This document shows positions 53,614 to 64,000 of a DNA stretch of 64,000 nucleotides, one piece after another; position 1 is the stretch's first letter; every line of letters begins with the position of its first letter. The DNA is from Tubulanus polymorphus (Eukaryota > Animalia > Nemertea). The notes under the pieces are model-generated. The model saw only the letters and a program-made list of their open reading frames with translations, was not told where the DNA came from and did not search any database. The translations under genes were made by a program, and so were the position numbers. The stretch lies in NCBI RefSeq assembly GCF_964204645.1, contig NC_134031.1, forward strand, positions 62,001 to 126,000, in the 5' to 3' direction.

Positions 53614-54318
53614 TCATTTGCTTCCTTCACAACATGGTTTCTCCACGGTAACTACAGTAGGCTTCTCCATGGCAACCACATCAGCAGCTTTCTCTGTCTT
53701 CTTCTTACACTTAAAATAAATTAACGGTTGTTTCTAATTTGAACCAGTTGAGATCTGAGATTATATTCCTGTTCTATCCTGGAAATAAATAACTTACCTT
53801 TGATTTTGAGTTGCATTTATCAGATTTTTTATTTTTGCAGTATTGTTTTTTAAGTTCGTTCTGACAGTTTGAATATCCCATTCCTAATCCCACTGCAGCC
53901 CCGAATGCAAGAGGCCATGGTCGTCCTGCGGAGGAGAATGAGAGATTTTACATCATTGAATTAAACTCAGATAAAATGGAGCTGTATAAACCAGAAGGTC
54001 GACTTACTTTTAAAGAGAACAGCTGATGAAACAATACCGATTCCAATTCCAGAAACTACAAACAACACAGTAGTTCAAATAAATTTACACAGATCCGAGT
54101 CAGGCCAGCGGGAACTGTGGCATGCGAGTATGTGGTGTTTAAATTAAGACATTTACACCATTTATGAAGCACTTATAAGTGATTAAAATATCTAATGACC
54201 TCAGTTACTAATGAATTGATTATTTACCTATTTTAATAGCGGTATCAGCGATACACCTGTCCCAAGTTTCTCCTAAAACATCCTCAGATCGCGACCGGTT
54301 TTCGCTTTTCTCCGCCAT
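53614..54318 (-). CDS. MICOS10: MICOS complex subunit Mic10, 4 exons
   Basis: RSEDVLGETWDRCIADTAIKI|..GIGIGIVSSAVLFK|RRPWPLAFGAAVGLGMGYSNC. Confidence 0.88.
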
Positions 54319-54551
54319 ATTGCTTCAAAGGAACTCCTTCAGATGGCAGCACTTGGTGGCATAAGGCTGTTAATAGCGGGATGAAACGCCGGGCTAGGGT
54401 TATCTTATCTTATCTAAGTTTGTGATCCAGGGTTGATCCAGACTGCACCTCCTCATCTCGAAGACTATATCCTTAATAAAATGATTTGAAAAAAAATATT
54501 GAAAAAATACATGAATCTTTATTCTATCTAAATTCTCTATCAGGTTTGGAA

Positions 54552-56616
54552 TCATTGTATTTCGTTGTCTGGGCACTCACCCGCTGCGGATGGTGATGCA
54601 TTGTTTGGGCTGCCGGAGCCCTCGCCCGCTGCGGATGGTGATGCATTGTTTGGGCTGCCGGTGCCCTCGCACGCTGCGGATGGTGATGCATTGTTTGGGC
54701 TGCCGGTGCCCTCGCCCGCTGTGGATGGTGATGCATTGTTTGGGCTTCCGGTGCCCTTGCCCGCTGCGGATGGTGATGCATTGTTTGGGCTGCCGGACCC
54801 CTCGCCTATTTCGGATGGTGATGCATTGTTTGGGCTGCCGGTGCCCTCGCACACTGCGGATGGTGATGCATTGTTTGGGCTGCCGGAGCCCTCGCGCGCT
54901 GCTGGATGATGACTGTTTATATGTTTCCTTAGTTCGGTATCCGATGGTAACCGAGCACCGCACAAATCACAACAATTCACCAAATCAATCACCACAGCTG
55001 CGTCGCTATGGTGACGGGTAAAATGATCAGTCAGTTGTCGTCTGCGACAGAACGTAGCCGGGCAGACGGAACAGACATGAGGTCTGTAGTTTGTATGTTG
55101 CATCATATGAACGTAAAGACTGGATGTTTGGATGAATGTTTTATCACATAAATCACATTTATACGGCCGGATATTTAAATGGCTTCTTCGATGAGATAAC
55201 AGATGATCGGCTCTGTTAAAACCTTTATCACAAATCTCACATTTATGTCTGGACGCCTCCTGATGGGTTAAACGATGTCTCGTCAAACAACCAGTTTTCT
55301 TAAACCCTTTACCGCAGATTTCACAAATGCAGTTTCTAGTTTCTGAATGCGACACTAGGTGGATACGATGTCCCTCGATGGTAGCAGATGCACGTTGACA
55401 GACGGGACAGATGAACGGTTTCTCACCGGAATGAGACCGATAATGACCGCGATATTTAGACATCGACGGGAAACATTTCTTACATTTCGGACATGAGAAA
55501 TATTTATTATGCGACATTAAATGACGGCTGAGAGTGTTTCGGTTGAGGATTAATTTCTGACAGACGGCGCACGTGAATTCAGTTTCTGCCGATGTGTGAA
55601 GTAATTTATGAGTTTCTAAAATTTTCTCCGTCAAGAAACATTTCTTACAATCTTCACATTTAAAATTCATCTCCTTCAAGTCGACCGGAGGATCGTTTTC
55701 AGTAGGTCGATGTCGTTTCCTTGACGACGCAACGGCAACACCTAAAACAACAATTGACCGTTTTCATTAGAATCAAATCAAACACAGAAAATCATTACAA
55801 TCGTTTTATTTACCTGATTTTTTCCTCTTCTGTTTTTTATTATTCTTTCTTGATTTTGACCACTCTTCATCCTCACTTTCCTCCTCGTCAGACGCAATAA
55901 ATTCTTCCTCATCAGTTTCCTCGTCAGTAGTCCCATTATAATCATCGTCATCATCATCATAATTCCTAGTTTCCTCCTCATCAGACTCCAAATTTTCTTT
56001 CTCATTATCCTTCTCAGTTTCTTTCTCTCTTGCATCATCAGTTTCCTCCTCATGAACCACCACACTTTCCTTTTCATTATCCTTCTCAGTTTCTATGCCT
56101 CTTGCATCTTCAGTTTCCTCTTCATCAGCCACCACACTTTCCTTTTCATTATCCTTCAAAGTTTCTCTTTCCTCTTCAGTTTCCTCTTCATCAGCCACCA
56201 CACTTTCATTTTCTTTATCCTTCTCTTCAGTCTCCATATCATCATGAGTTATAGGATTATCTATTATCATGATTTCATCGTCATCAGTGACCACACTTTC
56301 CTTCTCATTATCCTTCTCCTCAGTCTCTATCTCTCTTTCTATTATCATGATTTCATCATCATCATCAGAAACAACTCTTTCCTTCTCATCATTTTTCTCA
56401 TCCTTTATCTCACTTTCCTCTTCAATTTTCTCATCAGCCACCACACTTTCCTTCTCAGTCTCCATCTCTTTTTCTATTATCATAATTTCATTGTCAGTTT
56501 CCTCATCAGTAGTCTCAACAACAGACCAAATATCCTCCACATCAGAATCACACAGATCATGCCTTACTGCGGCTGATGCCATTATCTCAATCCCTATAAA
56601 TTCATCTTCCATCATG
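54552..56616 (-). CDS. C2H2 zinc-finger protein (about 9-10 fingers) with acidic N-terminal exon (about 56616-55814) and ZF exon (55741-54552); 5' end unresolved
   Basis: HSGEKPFICPVC, HLNIRPYKCDLC; phase-1 GT-AG join; C-terminal 20-aa (60-bp) repeats. Confidence 0.85.
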
Positions 56617-57771
56617 ATTTCACTGAAATGAGAAATCAATCAATCAATTATTATTAAAACTGCCGACGGTTCAAACTCTTATCAATTGCATCTGAAACTA
56701 CAGATCAGTAAGGCAACGGCGTTGCAAGTGCAATGATTTCAGCGGCAATTTTATTGAATGACACCGTTTGGCTTTTTCTTTAAATACAAATGTTTTTGAA
56801 GAAATTGAGCTTAACGAAGTCGCCAGTTTCGCCAGCAATATATAAGTAGAACCGTTCAAAAATTGATAATTGGCCGCGGCAATCAAAAATTGCTTCCAAT
56901 GCGCCTGAGCAGGCAGGTCGGTGGCCCTTAGGCGGCACTATTATTCATTTGCCTTTTTGGACACAATTTGACGATGATGGATCTGGCCGGATGGATGAAC
57001 AGGAATGGTTGGTATTAGGACAGGTGTCATTAAGTCCCTGTGGTTGGATTGAAGTTGGATTTTCAATTTATACGATCTAACAAGTTAAAATGATTATTAC
57101 CATCAGATTTCACGTGTCTAGAATCATTAAACAGCTCAAATACTTCAAAAACCTCCGACCGACATTAATTATGAAAATATTTTCTTCGACGACCTTGAGA
57201 TGAGGATGGATCTCGCTCAGATATTTTCTATGCTCTCATCATTTTCTTTCAGTGTTTCCTTTAACATTTTCGTGTTATTTATAATTAGTCGGTGTTAAAA
57301 ATTTCATGTATTTATTTTCTAGAATTTGAGCAATAAAAACATATTTATATTCAATTGATATTTCAATTCAAGTCAATTTATATTTTATTGAAATGAACAC
57401 AGGTGGCAGCAGCGGCCGGTGGATAATTAAATGACGCATCCATTAATACTGTGGCACTGCCCTCCTTCAAGTTTACTGATTAAATTCCTGACATTTCTAA
57501 CGCGTTATTTGTAATGATCGCTTTTGTTTTAAGGTAAGGAATTTTTGATTTATAGAGTAGTAGGGTGTAGGGGGTTCTAGGGGGGTGTGGGGAGCTCGAG
57601 GGGTATATTGAATTGTCAGTGTTTCACTTTTACTTATTTTTTTGTGGACGTTCAAAGGCTGTCAATTTGATTTCTATTATCTCTACACTCCCTGATGTAT
57701 TGTACACATACACAAGAGCAGTGTGTATTGTATCACTGCTGGTAATATGAAGTTTAAATGAGTTTGGTTTA

Positions 57772-58146
57772 ATAAACCCCGACCTGTCCTCCTAGCTGGA
57801 GGAGGAGATAAACCCCGACCTGTCCTCCCAGCTGGAGGAGGAGATAAACCCCGACCTGTCCTCCCAGCTGGAGGAGGAGATAAACCCCGACCTGTCCTCC
57901 TACTAGAGTAGCTGGAGGAGGAGATAAACCCCGACCTGTCCTCCCAGCTGGAGGAGGAGATAAACCCCGACCTGTCCTCCTAGCTGGAGGAGGAGATAAA
58001 CCCCGACCTGTCCTCCCAGCTGGAGGAGGAGATAAACCCCGACCTGTCCTCCTACTAGAGTAGCTGGAGGAGGAGAAACCCACGACCTGTCCTCCCAGCT
58101 GGAGGAGGAGATAAACCCCGACCTGTCCTCCCAGCTGGAGGAGGAG
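57772..58146. repeat. 36-bp minisatellite (gataaaccccgacctgtcctcccagctggaggagga) in the PALS1 5'UTR intron
   Basis: About 10 copies. Confidence 0.9.
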
Positions 58147-58297
58147 TTTGTTGTAGTATTGATGAGGAAGTGAGCCCCCTCACCCCCTCTCTCAGACTCC
58201 ACTCCCCCTCACCCCCTCTCTCAGACTCCACTCAGATAAATGGTGGTATTTTTGTAATAGATATTCTATCGATGTTTTTCAGGTTCCGGAGAGAAAT

Positions 58298-60562
58298 ATG
58301 ACGTCAACTCCGCGTTACTATGACGACAATAAGAACACTGTATTATCATCGAGTTTTACGAACCCGATTTACAACAATAAACACCACGGCAACGGCAGAA
58401 CGGAAGACGAAGAAATGATCGTCATCGACGATAACAATAGACAATACAACGGGTTTATAAATAATCCCGGATTAGACTCGGGTGAATCTCATAGAGAAAT
58501 GGCGATCGATTGCCCGGAAAATTTTACCGGCCGTAAAAAACAACCTCCTCGGTTTCCATCGGCAACAGGAGCCGGAGGAGCGGGTAAAACGGTGGATCAG
58601 GTGGAAAGAATTCGATTCCACCAGGAGGAACTGAGGAAACGAAAAGAGGAGGAAACTAGAATCGCGACGGAACAAGAATTCCTGCGAACGTCTCTACGTG
58701 GCTCGAAAAAACTACAAGCGTTAGAGCATAATAAACCATCGGTACCACCAGAGGGCGTTGATAATACAGGGTTTATAGAAGAGGAGGTAGACAGCGGTAG
58801 ACCCCCGTCGGGACGCGAGGGAGCCTCGGGACGAGTCGAGAAACCTGTCAGTTTAAACTCACTGTTTAAATCTATACAGAACTTACACGTTTCGACTAAA
58901 CACGAAAACGATTCTAAACTGACGGATGATATCTCGAAATTATATCAGATATTTCAAACCGATCGATTCCGAAACGCGATTAAAATCCGTGAGAAAATCC
59001 TCGAGATATCCGAGATACGTCCTTTAGTGATACCGGTGAATCACGACTCGGTGAATGCTTGCGTCGAGGCTTTTAATGAACTCCCGCAACAATCGCGAGA
59101 TCCGAGAATATTCGAACTGGCTTCCATTTTACAACGTCCCGAATTTCAATCGGTTCTCGTAACTCACGATAAGGTGGCGCCGCCGTACGAGGTGAGCGAA
59201 CCTCTCGAGGGCGAGGTTTACCCGTCGCGAGGTACGGAGAACTTTCAGTTTTTAGATAACGATGTTCCGATTAGAATCGTTACTCTGTTTAAATCCGGAG
59301 ATCCGTTAGGAGCGACAGTTCGTAACCACGACGACGCGATTATAATCGGTCGTATCGTTAAAGGCGGCGTCGCCGAGAAGAGCGGTTTACTTCACGAGGG
59401 AGATGAAATATTAGAGGTTAATAACGTTCCGTTACGAGGTAAAACAGTTACCGAGGTTTCTGATTTATTAGCGGAGATGAACGGAACGTTAACATTCCTG
59501 GTCGTCCCCGGCGATGAATCGAATGAATTCAACAATCAACACAACGATCAAACCGTCCACGTTAAAGCGTATTTTAATTACGATCCGGTCGATGATTTAT
59601 ATATTCCCTGTAAAGAGTTGGGAATCTCGTTTCAATGCGGAGATATTTTACACGTGATCAATCAGACGGATGGGTCGTGGTGGCAGGCGTACCGGGACGG
59701 CGAGGATACTAATACACTCGCCGGGTTAATACCCTCAAAAACATTCCAACAACACCGCGACGCCGCTAAACAAGTCATCGTCGACGACGACCAGTCAACA
59801 ATAGACAATCAAAGAAAGAAAAACAAAAAACTTTGTTTCAAGAAATCGACGAAAAAAAATAAGAAGAAAGTTTTGTACAATGCGTCGACGAACGAGGATC
59901 ACGAGGCCGAGGAGGTCCTCACGTACGAGGAGGTCGATTTATACTACCCTCAACCTAACAGGAAGCGCCCTCTAGTGTTAATCGGTCCTCCTAACGTCGG
60001 GCGTCATGATTTACGTCAGCGGTTGATGGAGAGTGATTTCGACCGGTTCGCCGCGGCGATACCTCATACGAGTCGATTGAGACGAGATGGAGAGGTCGAC
60101 GGTCGAGATTATCATTTCATTCCTCGTCCTGTATTCGAATCCGATATAAACACCGGTAAATTTGTAGAACACGGTGAATTCGAGAAGAATCTTTACGGAA
60201 CTTCGATCGCCGCGATCCGTGAAGTTATCAATTCCGGTAAAATCTGCGTTTTAAATTTACATCCGCAATCGCTGAAAATATTAAAAGCATCCGATTTGAA
60301 GCCGTACGTTATTTTCATTGCGGCTCCGAATATCGAGAATTTAAAATCAAATTGTTTAAAAGCTGGAAAACGTTTAACGGAAGAAGAATTACGAGATATT
60401 ATCAATCGAGGTCGTGAGATTGAAGAGACTTTCGGACATTATTTCGATCTCGCTATCGTTAATTACGATATCAATAAAACTTACGATGATTTAATTGCAG
60501 AAATTTATCGCTTAGAAATTGAACCTCAGTGGGTCCCGGCCCAATGGGTGCGGGCCACATGA
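58298..60562 (+). CDS. PALS1: MAGUK PALS1/MPP5 (Stardust): L27-PDZ-SH3-GuK, single coding exon
   Basis: HREMAIDCPENF (Par6-binding ECR1), EQEFLRTSLRGSKKLQALE, PLGATVRN/IGRIVKGG PDZ, FNYDPVDDLYIPCKELG SH3, LIGPPNVGR/PHTSR GuK, EPQWVPAQW. Confidence 0.93.
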   Translation: MTSTPRYYDDNKNTVLSSSFTNPIYNNKHHGNGRTEDEEMIVIDDNNRQYNGFINNPGLDSGESHREMAIDCPENFTGRKKQPPRFPSATGAGGAGKTVDQVERIRFHQEELRKRKEEETRIATEQEFLRTSLRGSKKLQALEHNKPSVPPEGVDNTGFIEEEVDSGRPPSGREGASGRVEKPVSLNSLFKSIQNLHVSTKHENDSKLTDDISKLYQIFQTDRFRNAIKIREKILEISEIRPLVIPVNHDSVNACVEAFNELPQQSRDPRIFELASILQRPEFQSVLVTHDKVAPPYEVSEPLEGEVYPSRGTENFQFLDNDVPIRIVTLFKSGDPLGATVRNHDDAIIIGRIVKGGVAEKSGLLHEGDEILEVNNVPLRGKTVTEVSDLLAEMNGTLTFLVVPGDESNEFNNQHNDQTVHVKAYFNYDPVDDLYIPCKELGISFQCGDILHVINQTDGSWWQAYRDGEDTNTLAGLIPSKTFQQHRDAAKQVIVDDDQSTIDNQRKKNKKLCFKKSTKKNKKKVLYNASTNEDHEAEEVLTYEEVDLYYPQPNRKRPLVLIGPPNVGRHDLRQRLMESDFDRFAAAIPHTSRLRRDGEVDGRDYHFIPRPVFESDINTGKFVEHGEFEKNLYGTSIAAIREVINSGKICVLNLHPQSLKILKASDLKPYVIFIAAPNIENLKSNCLKAGKRLTEEELRDIINRGREIEETFGHYFDLAIVNYDINKTYDDLIAEIYRLEIEPQWVPAQWVRAT

Positions 60563-62664
60563 GCCCTCAGTGGGTGCGGGCCCACTGGGTGAGGGCTACA
60601 TGAGCCTCCATTGTTAAGGTAGCCCATAGGTGAATTTAGATCATCAATTATAATGGTTTAATCATTGTTCAGTTTAGCAGAAGTTGTTGAAGTATTTTTC
60701 CTATGAAACCTAGTCTTCATTCATACAACAATAGTATTGTTTGTAACTAGTTTAAAAACCATTTTAATTTATCATCACAGAAGGGCAGAGAAGGGAAGAG
60801 CTAAAAGTGCTATTTATTTTAAACTGCTGAGGAGAATCTGTTGTTAAGCTGTTTTACTGGCTGTAGATGCAAGACGGAGGGAGTTGTATAGAATGGAGGT
60901 AGTTGTATATAGAGGAGGGAGGTAGGGAGGGAGGTGGATCAGGTATAGACTCCTCTAATCTTACTGCAATATAATAAATAATGAAATCACAGAACTCTCT
61001 GATTGAAACTTGTATCAATTCATTTTATTGTTTATTTAGCTCTTTTTTATTTATACATATTTTACTCTGCTGTATATAAACTGTAACTAATGATGTAACT
61101 AGTTACATTAATTACTGTAAATACTGTAAATTGCTGACTGAAAAAATTAGTTTCATATTCATCATTAAATTGATCCTGAATTTGTCGATAAAGAACACAC
61201 ATTCCTTTCCCTCTCACTGCCCCTCGCTGCCCCTTTCCCCTCACATCTCTACCCCTCACATCTTTCCCTCACAGTCCCCTCGCTGCCCCTCACATCTCTA
61301 CCCCTCACCACCCCTCACAGTCCCCTCTAGGTTTCCCTGTTTCCTTATTTCTCATATTTCCCCTCACAGTTTATAGAGTTCTATAGAATGAAAGGTTCTG
61401 CTGTATTCAATACTTGATTCACATTTTTGGTGTTGGTTTTTAAATCCAAAATTCAAGTATTACATTATTTATCAACTTGTAAATGATTTTATATTAATAA
61501 TTATGAATATATTTATATCTTAATCGGCTGGTACGAAACATATCTAATAATAGCCACGCTGGAGTCCTGATTGTATAGAGTTGTCACACATGTGTTTTGT
61601 CTCATGAGGTTTTAGTAATTTGATCCTATAGTTGATTTTCTCTCTGAGGTATTCTAGCAGTATTTATTACACTAATTAACTAAACCTCACTCTCTACAGT
61701 CAAACAGTCAAATCAGATACCAATCTTACCACAAATCAGCTACAAATATTATGTTAGATTTTTTATAATTTGATTGGTTTTAAAACCTAGAATATTAATC
61801 AATAATTTAGTTTGTTGCGTCTGCTGCTAGTCATGTGACTAGTTCGACTGCTCTGAGTAATGTGGGGTAGGGAAGGGCAGCCCTCGGCCGGAGAGGGTCA
61901 TCATCCCAGGCGATTGTTCTCCGTGAATGGCTTGACTTTTATACTGCATTATAAAATGTATTGTTAGCGTCCAAAAATATAAACAAAATATTTGTAAAGA
62001 TATTATTGAAATCTGCAGTTATTGACATATCTTACAATATACAACATAATCAATCAGTATGATATACATTACCTTATATTCATAATAATATCATTGGCAA
62101 GCAATATTCAAACAGATTCAGGGGATACCTGGATTCAAGGGATTCCTGCAATCAGGGATACCTGCAATCATGGATCCCTGGATTCCTGCAATCAGGGATA
62201 CCCAGATTCGAGGAAACCTAGATTCAGGGATACCTGCGATCAGGGAAACCATGGATTCAGGAATACCTGGATTCAGGGTTACCTAGATTCAGGGATACCC
62301 GGTATTAGATTTCGTCTCCAAACTTGTGTTTAAAACAAGCCTTCTTTTGGTTGAATTTGAGGAAAAACTGGTGAAAACTAATTTTGTTATATTTACATCA
62401 TTTATATTGAATAATTACATATCATCATTTATTGTAAACAATTATTTTGTTTATGAGAATTAAATATATATCTGTATATCTATATAAATCATTATTTATG
62501 GGTTTTTATACATTCTGCAGACAGGATTTCGAGAGGAACAGCTACGTCAGGTCGACTTAGCCCCGATTTAGGTCTGTAATTTTTAATTCTATATTGAAAA
62601 AAAATCTACGTTTATATCTAGGACAAAAAACTATTTGGCAAAATAGCCCCAACCTCAGGTCATT

Positions 62665-62792
62665 GCTAACCCTAACCCTAGCATGTCCACAGCAGGATTT
62701 GAACTAACCCTAACCCTAGCAAGCCCACAGCAGGATTTGAACCTGGGTCTCCAGCTTCGAAGTCGACTGTCCTAACCACTAGACCAACAGGA
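62665..62792 (-). mobile_element. tRNA-derived SINE-like element or tRNA pseudogene with TTAGGG-containing tail
   Basis: Minus strand TGGTCTAGTGGTTAGGA...CAGGTTCAAATCCTG then TAGGGTTAGGGTTAG; anticodon stem does not pair. Confidence 0.55.
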
Positions 62793-63001
62793 CATGGTGA
62801 TTGAAATAGTTCAGATGTTTGCTTTGAATAAGACCAGTGATCAATAAGGTAAGGTTAAGTTCAAAATTACACTCTGTACTACGATAATCTTTAATTGAAA
62901 GGCTTTGCATTGTAGAAGACACCATTTTCTTGGGATAAATCAAGTTCAACAGTATGTCTCTACGCCTGCTCACTGGAGTTTTTCAAATTATCAACAATTA
63001 T

Positions 63002-63188
63002 GGGTGCGATTCAAGAATAGGGGACTATAGCAATATATATGTAGTGATAGTAATCAATTAAGTAATAATATTAGTAATTGATAATGATGATATATAATGA
63101 TAGTAATGTATATAGTAATTAATGATGATTAGGGAACTAAACCTAACCCTAACCCTAACCACTAGTCCCCTATTCTTGAATCTTACCC
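63002..63188. mobile_element. MITE with TIRs and 6-bp AATTAT duplication
   Basis: gggtgcgattcaagaataggggacta ... tagtcccctattcttgaatcttaccc flanked by aattat on both sides. Confidence 0.7.
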
Positions 63189-63534
63189 AATTATGGTATT
63201 TAGGCATGGAAACACTTAGTCAAACATTAAAATTATTGAGTCACTTTTATAGTTAACCCTGAGACTTTGAATCCTTCAATACACAGTGAAATAGATGAAA
63301 AACAAATGTTTTATAGTTTAGTGATCAGGGTTAACAGCTGCTGTATCAGGTATGTATCATCATATGTATGTATGCAGACATCCTTTCAAGTTGAAATACT
63401 AGAGACATTCAATTAACACGAAACTTTATATCAATAAAATATATTTCATGATGTTTAATTTAGCAAAAAACATTGATAAACTTTTATGACATAAACAGAT
63501 AAATCGTAACCGATAGTAACCGCAGATGACAAAT

Positions 63535-64000
63535 TTATGTCGTCGTGGTAACAGTTTGTATAACGTCGTTAAACCGGTGTCCGTTGATCTCAAATCCTGA
63601 TTGGATAAGAACGCTACCATCTGATTGGATAATGTCTACAGGTTCTTCTATGACCATTAACTGTTCATGCTGTAAATAACGAAATACAGTTTTAAGTCAA
63701 TATTGGAATCAATCTTTGAAGTGTCAGTTTCTGACATCAGTCTAAATATTTTCTGTTGTGCATCTTTTATACAGCATAACTCGGACAAACTGACATCTAG
63801 TACCACTAGTTCGGCTACAAACTACACACCTGTTGATCCAGCTGCACCTGCACCTGTTGCTGACTGAATACATCTGGGGTAGCTGCGTGCGTTTCAACTG
63901 AAAGTATTCAAATCACACATTAGAATTTAAATATCGACTAGGTGAATGTGTGTAAACCCGGTTTAAATAAACGGTACCTGAATTTATCAGGTACGATTCA
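63535..64000 (-). CDS. Probable 3' exons of an unidentified gene running off the window (about 63897-63831 and 63669-63535)
   Basis: Phase-compatible AG/GT sites; last exon HEQLMVIEEPVDIIQSDGSVLIQSGFEINGHRFNDVIQTVTTTT*; no family recognised. Confidence 0.35.

Noticed and set aside
56030-56631. Hydrophobic and Ser-rich + strand ORFs
   Set aside because: Antisense shadows of the Glu/Asp-rich exon of the zinc-finger gene
62727-62792. Functional tRNA-Arg(TCG)
   Set aside because: A/B boxes present but the anticodon and acceptor stems do not pair; treated as SINE-like

Overview
This is gene-dense, AT-rich, intron-containing animal genomic DNA (invertebrate; probably spiralian, which is inference), not prokaryotic. 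Protein genes in order: 3' end of an SLC16/MCT transporter (+), SIGMAR1 (-), RXR (-), FPGS (-), class I Fe-S fumarate hydratase (-), FBXO47 (+), QTRT1/tgt (+), HSPA5/BiP (-), MED22 (-), RPL7A (+), VHL (-), MICOS10 (-), an acidic/C2H2 zinc-finger gene (-), PALS1/MPP5 with an intronless CDS (+), and probably the 3' exons of an unidentified gene (-). The long ORFs at 5.7-9.3 kb and 28.9-29.6 kb are minisatellite artefacts. The main finding lies in the apparently empty gap between HSPA5 and MED22 (about 41.9-45.2 kb). It looks like a spliced, non-coding, 5'TOP snoRNA host gene (GAS5/UHG-like) running divergently from BiP. It carries about 8 box C/D snoRNAs (SNORD79-, SNORD74- x2, SNORD16-, SNORD24- and SNORD110-like, plus 2 orphans) and 3-4 H/ACA snoRNAs, apparently several per intron. 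RPL7A introns hold three SNORD36-type snoRNAs. A second theme is that tandem repeats start at functional signals, producing arrays of decoy splice donors (FPGS), decoy acceptors (QTRT1) and duplicated stop codons (VHL, PALS1, MCT). snoRNA family names come from my recall of vertebrate sequences and rRNA complementarity, not from a database search.
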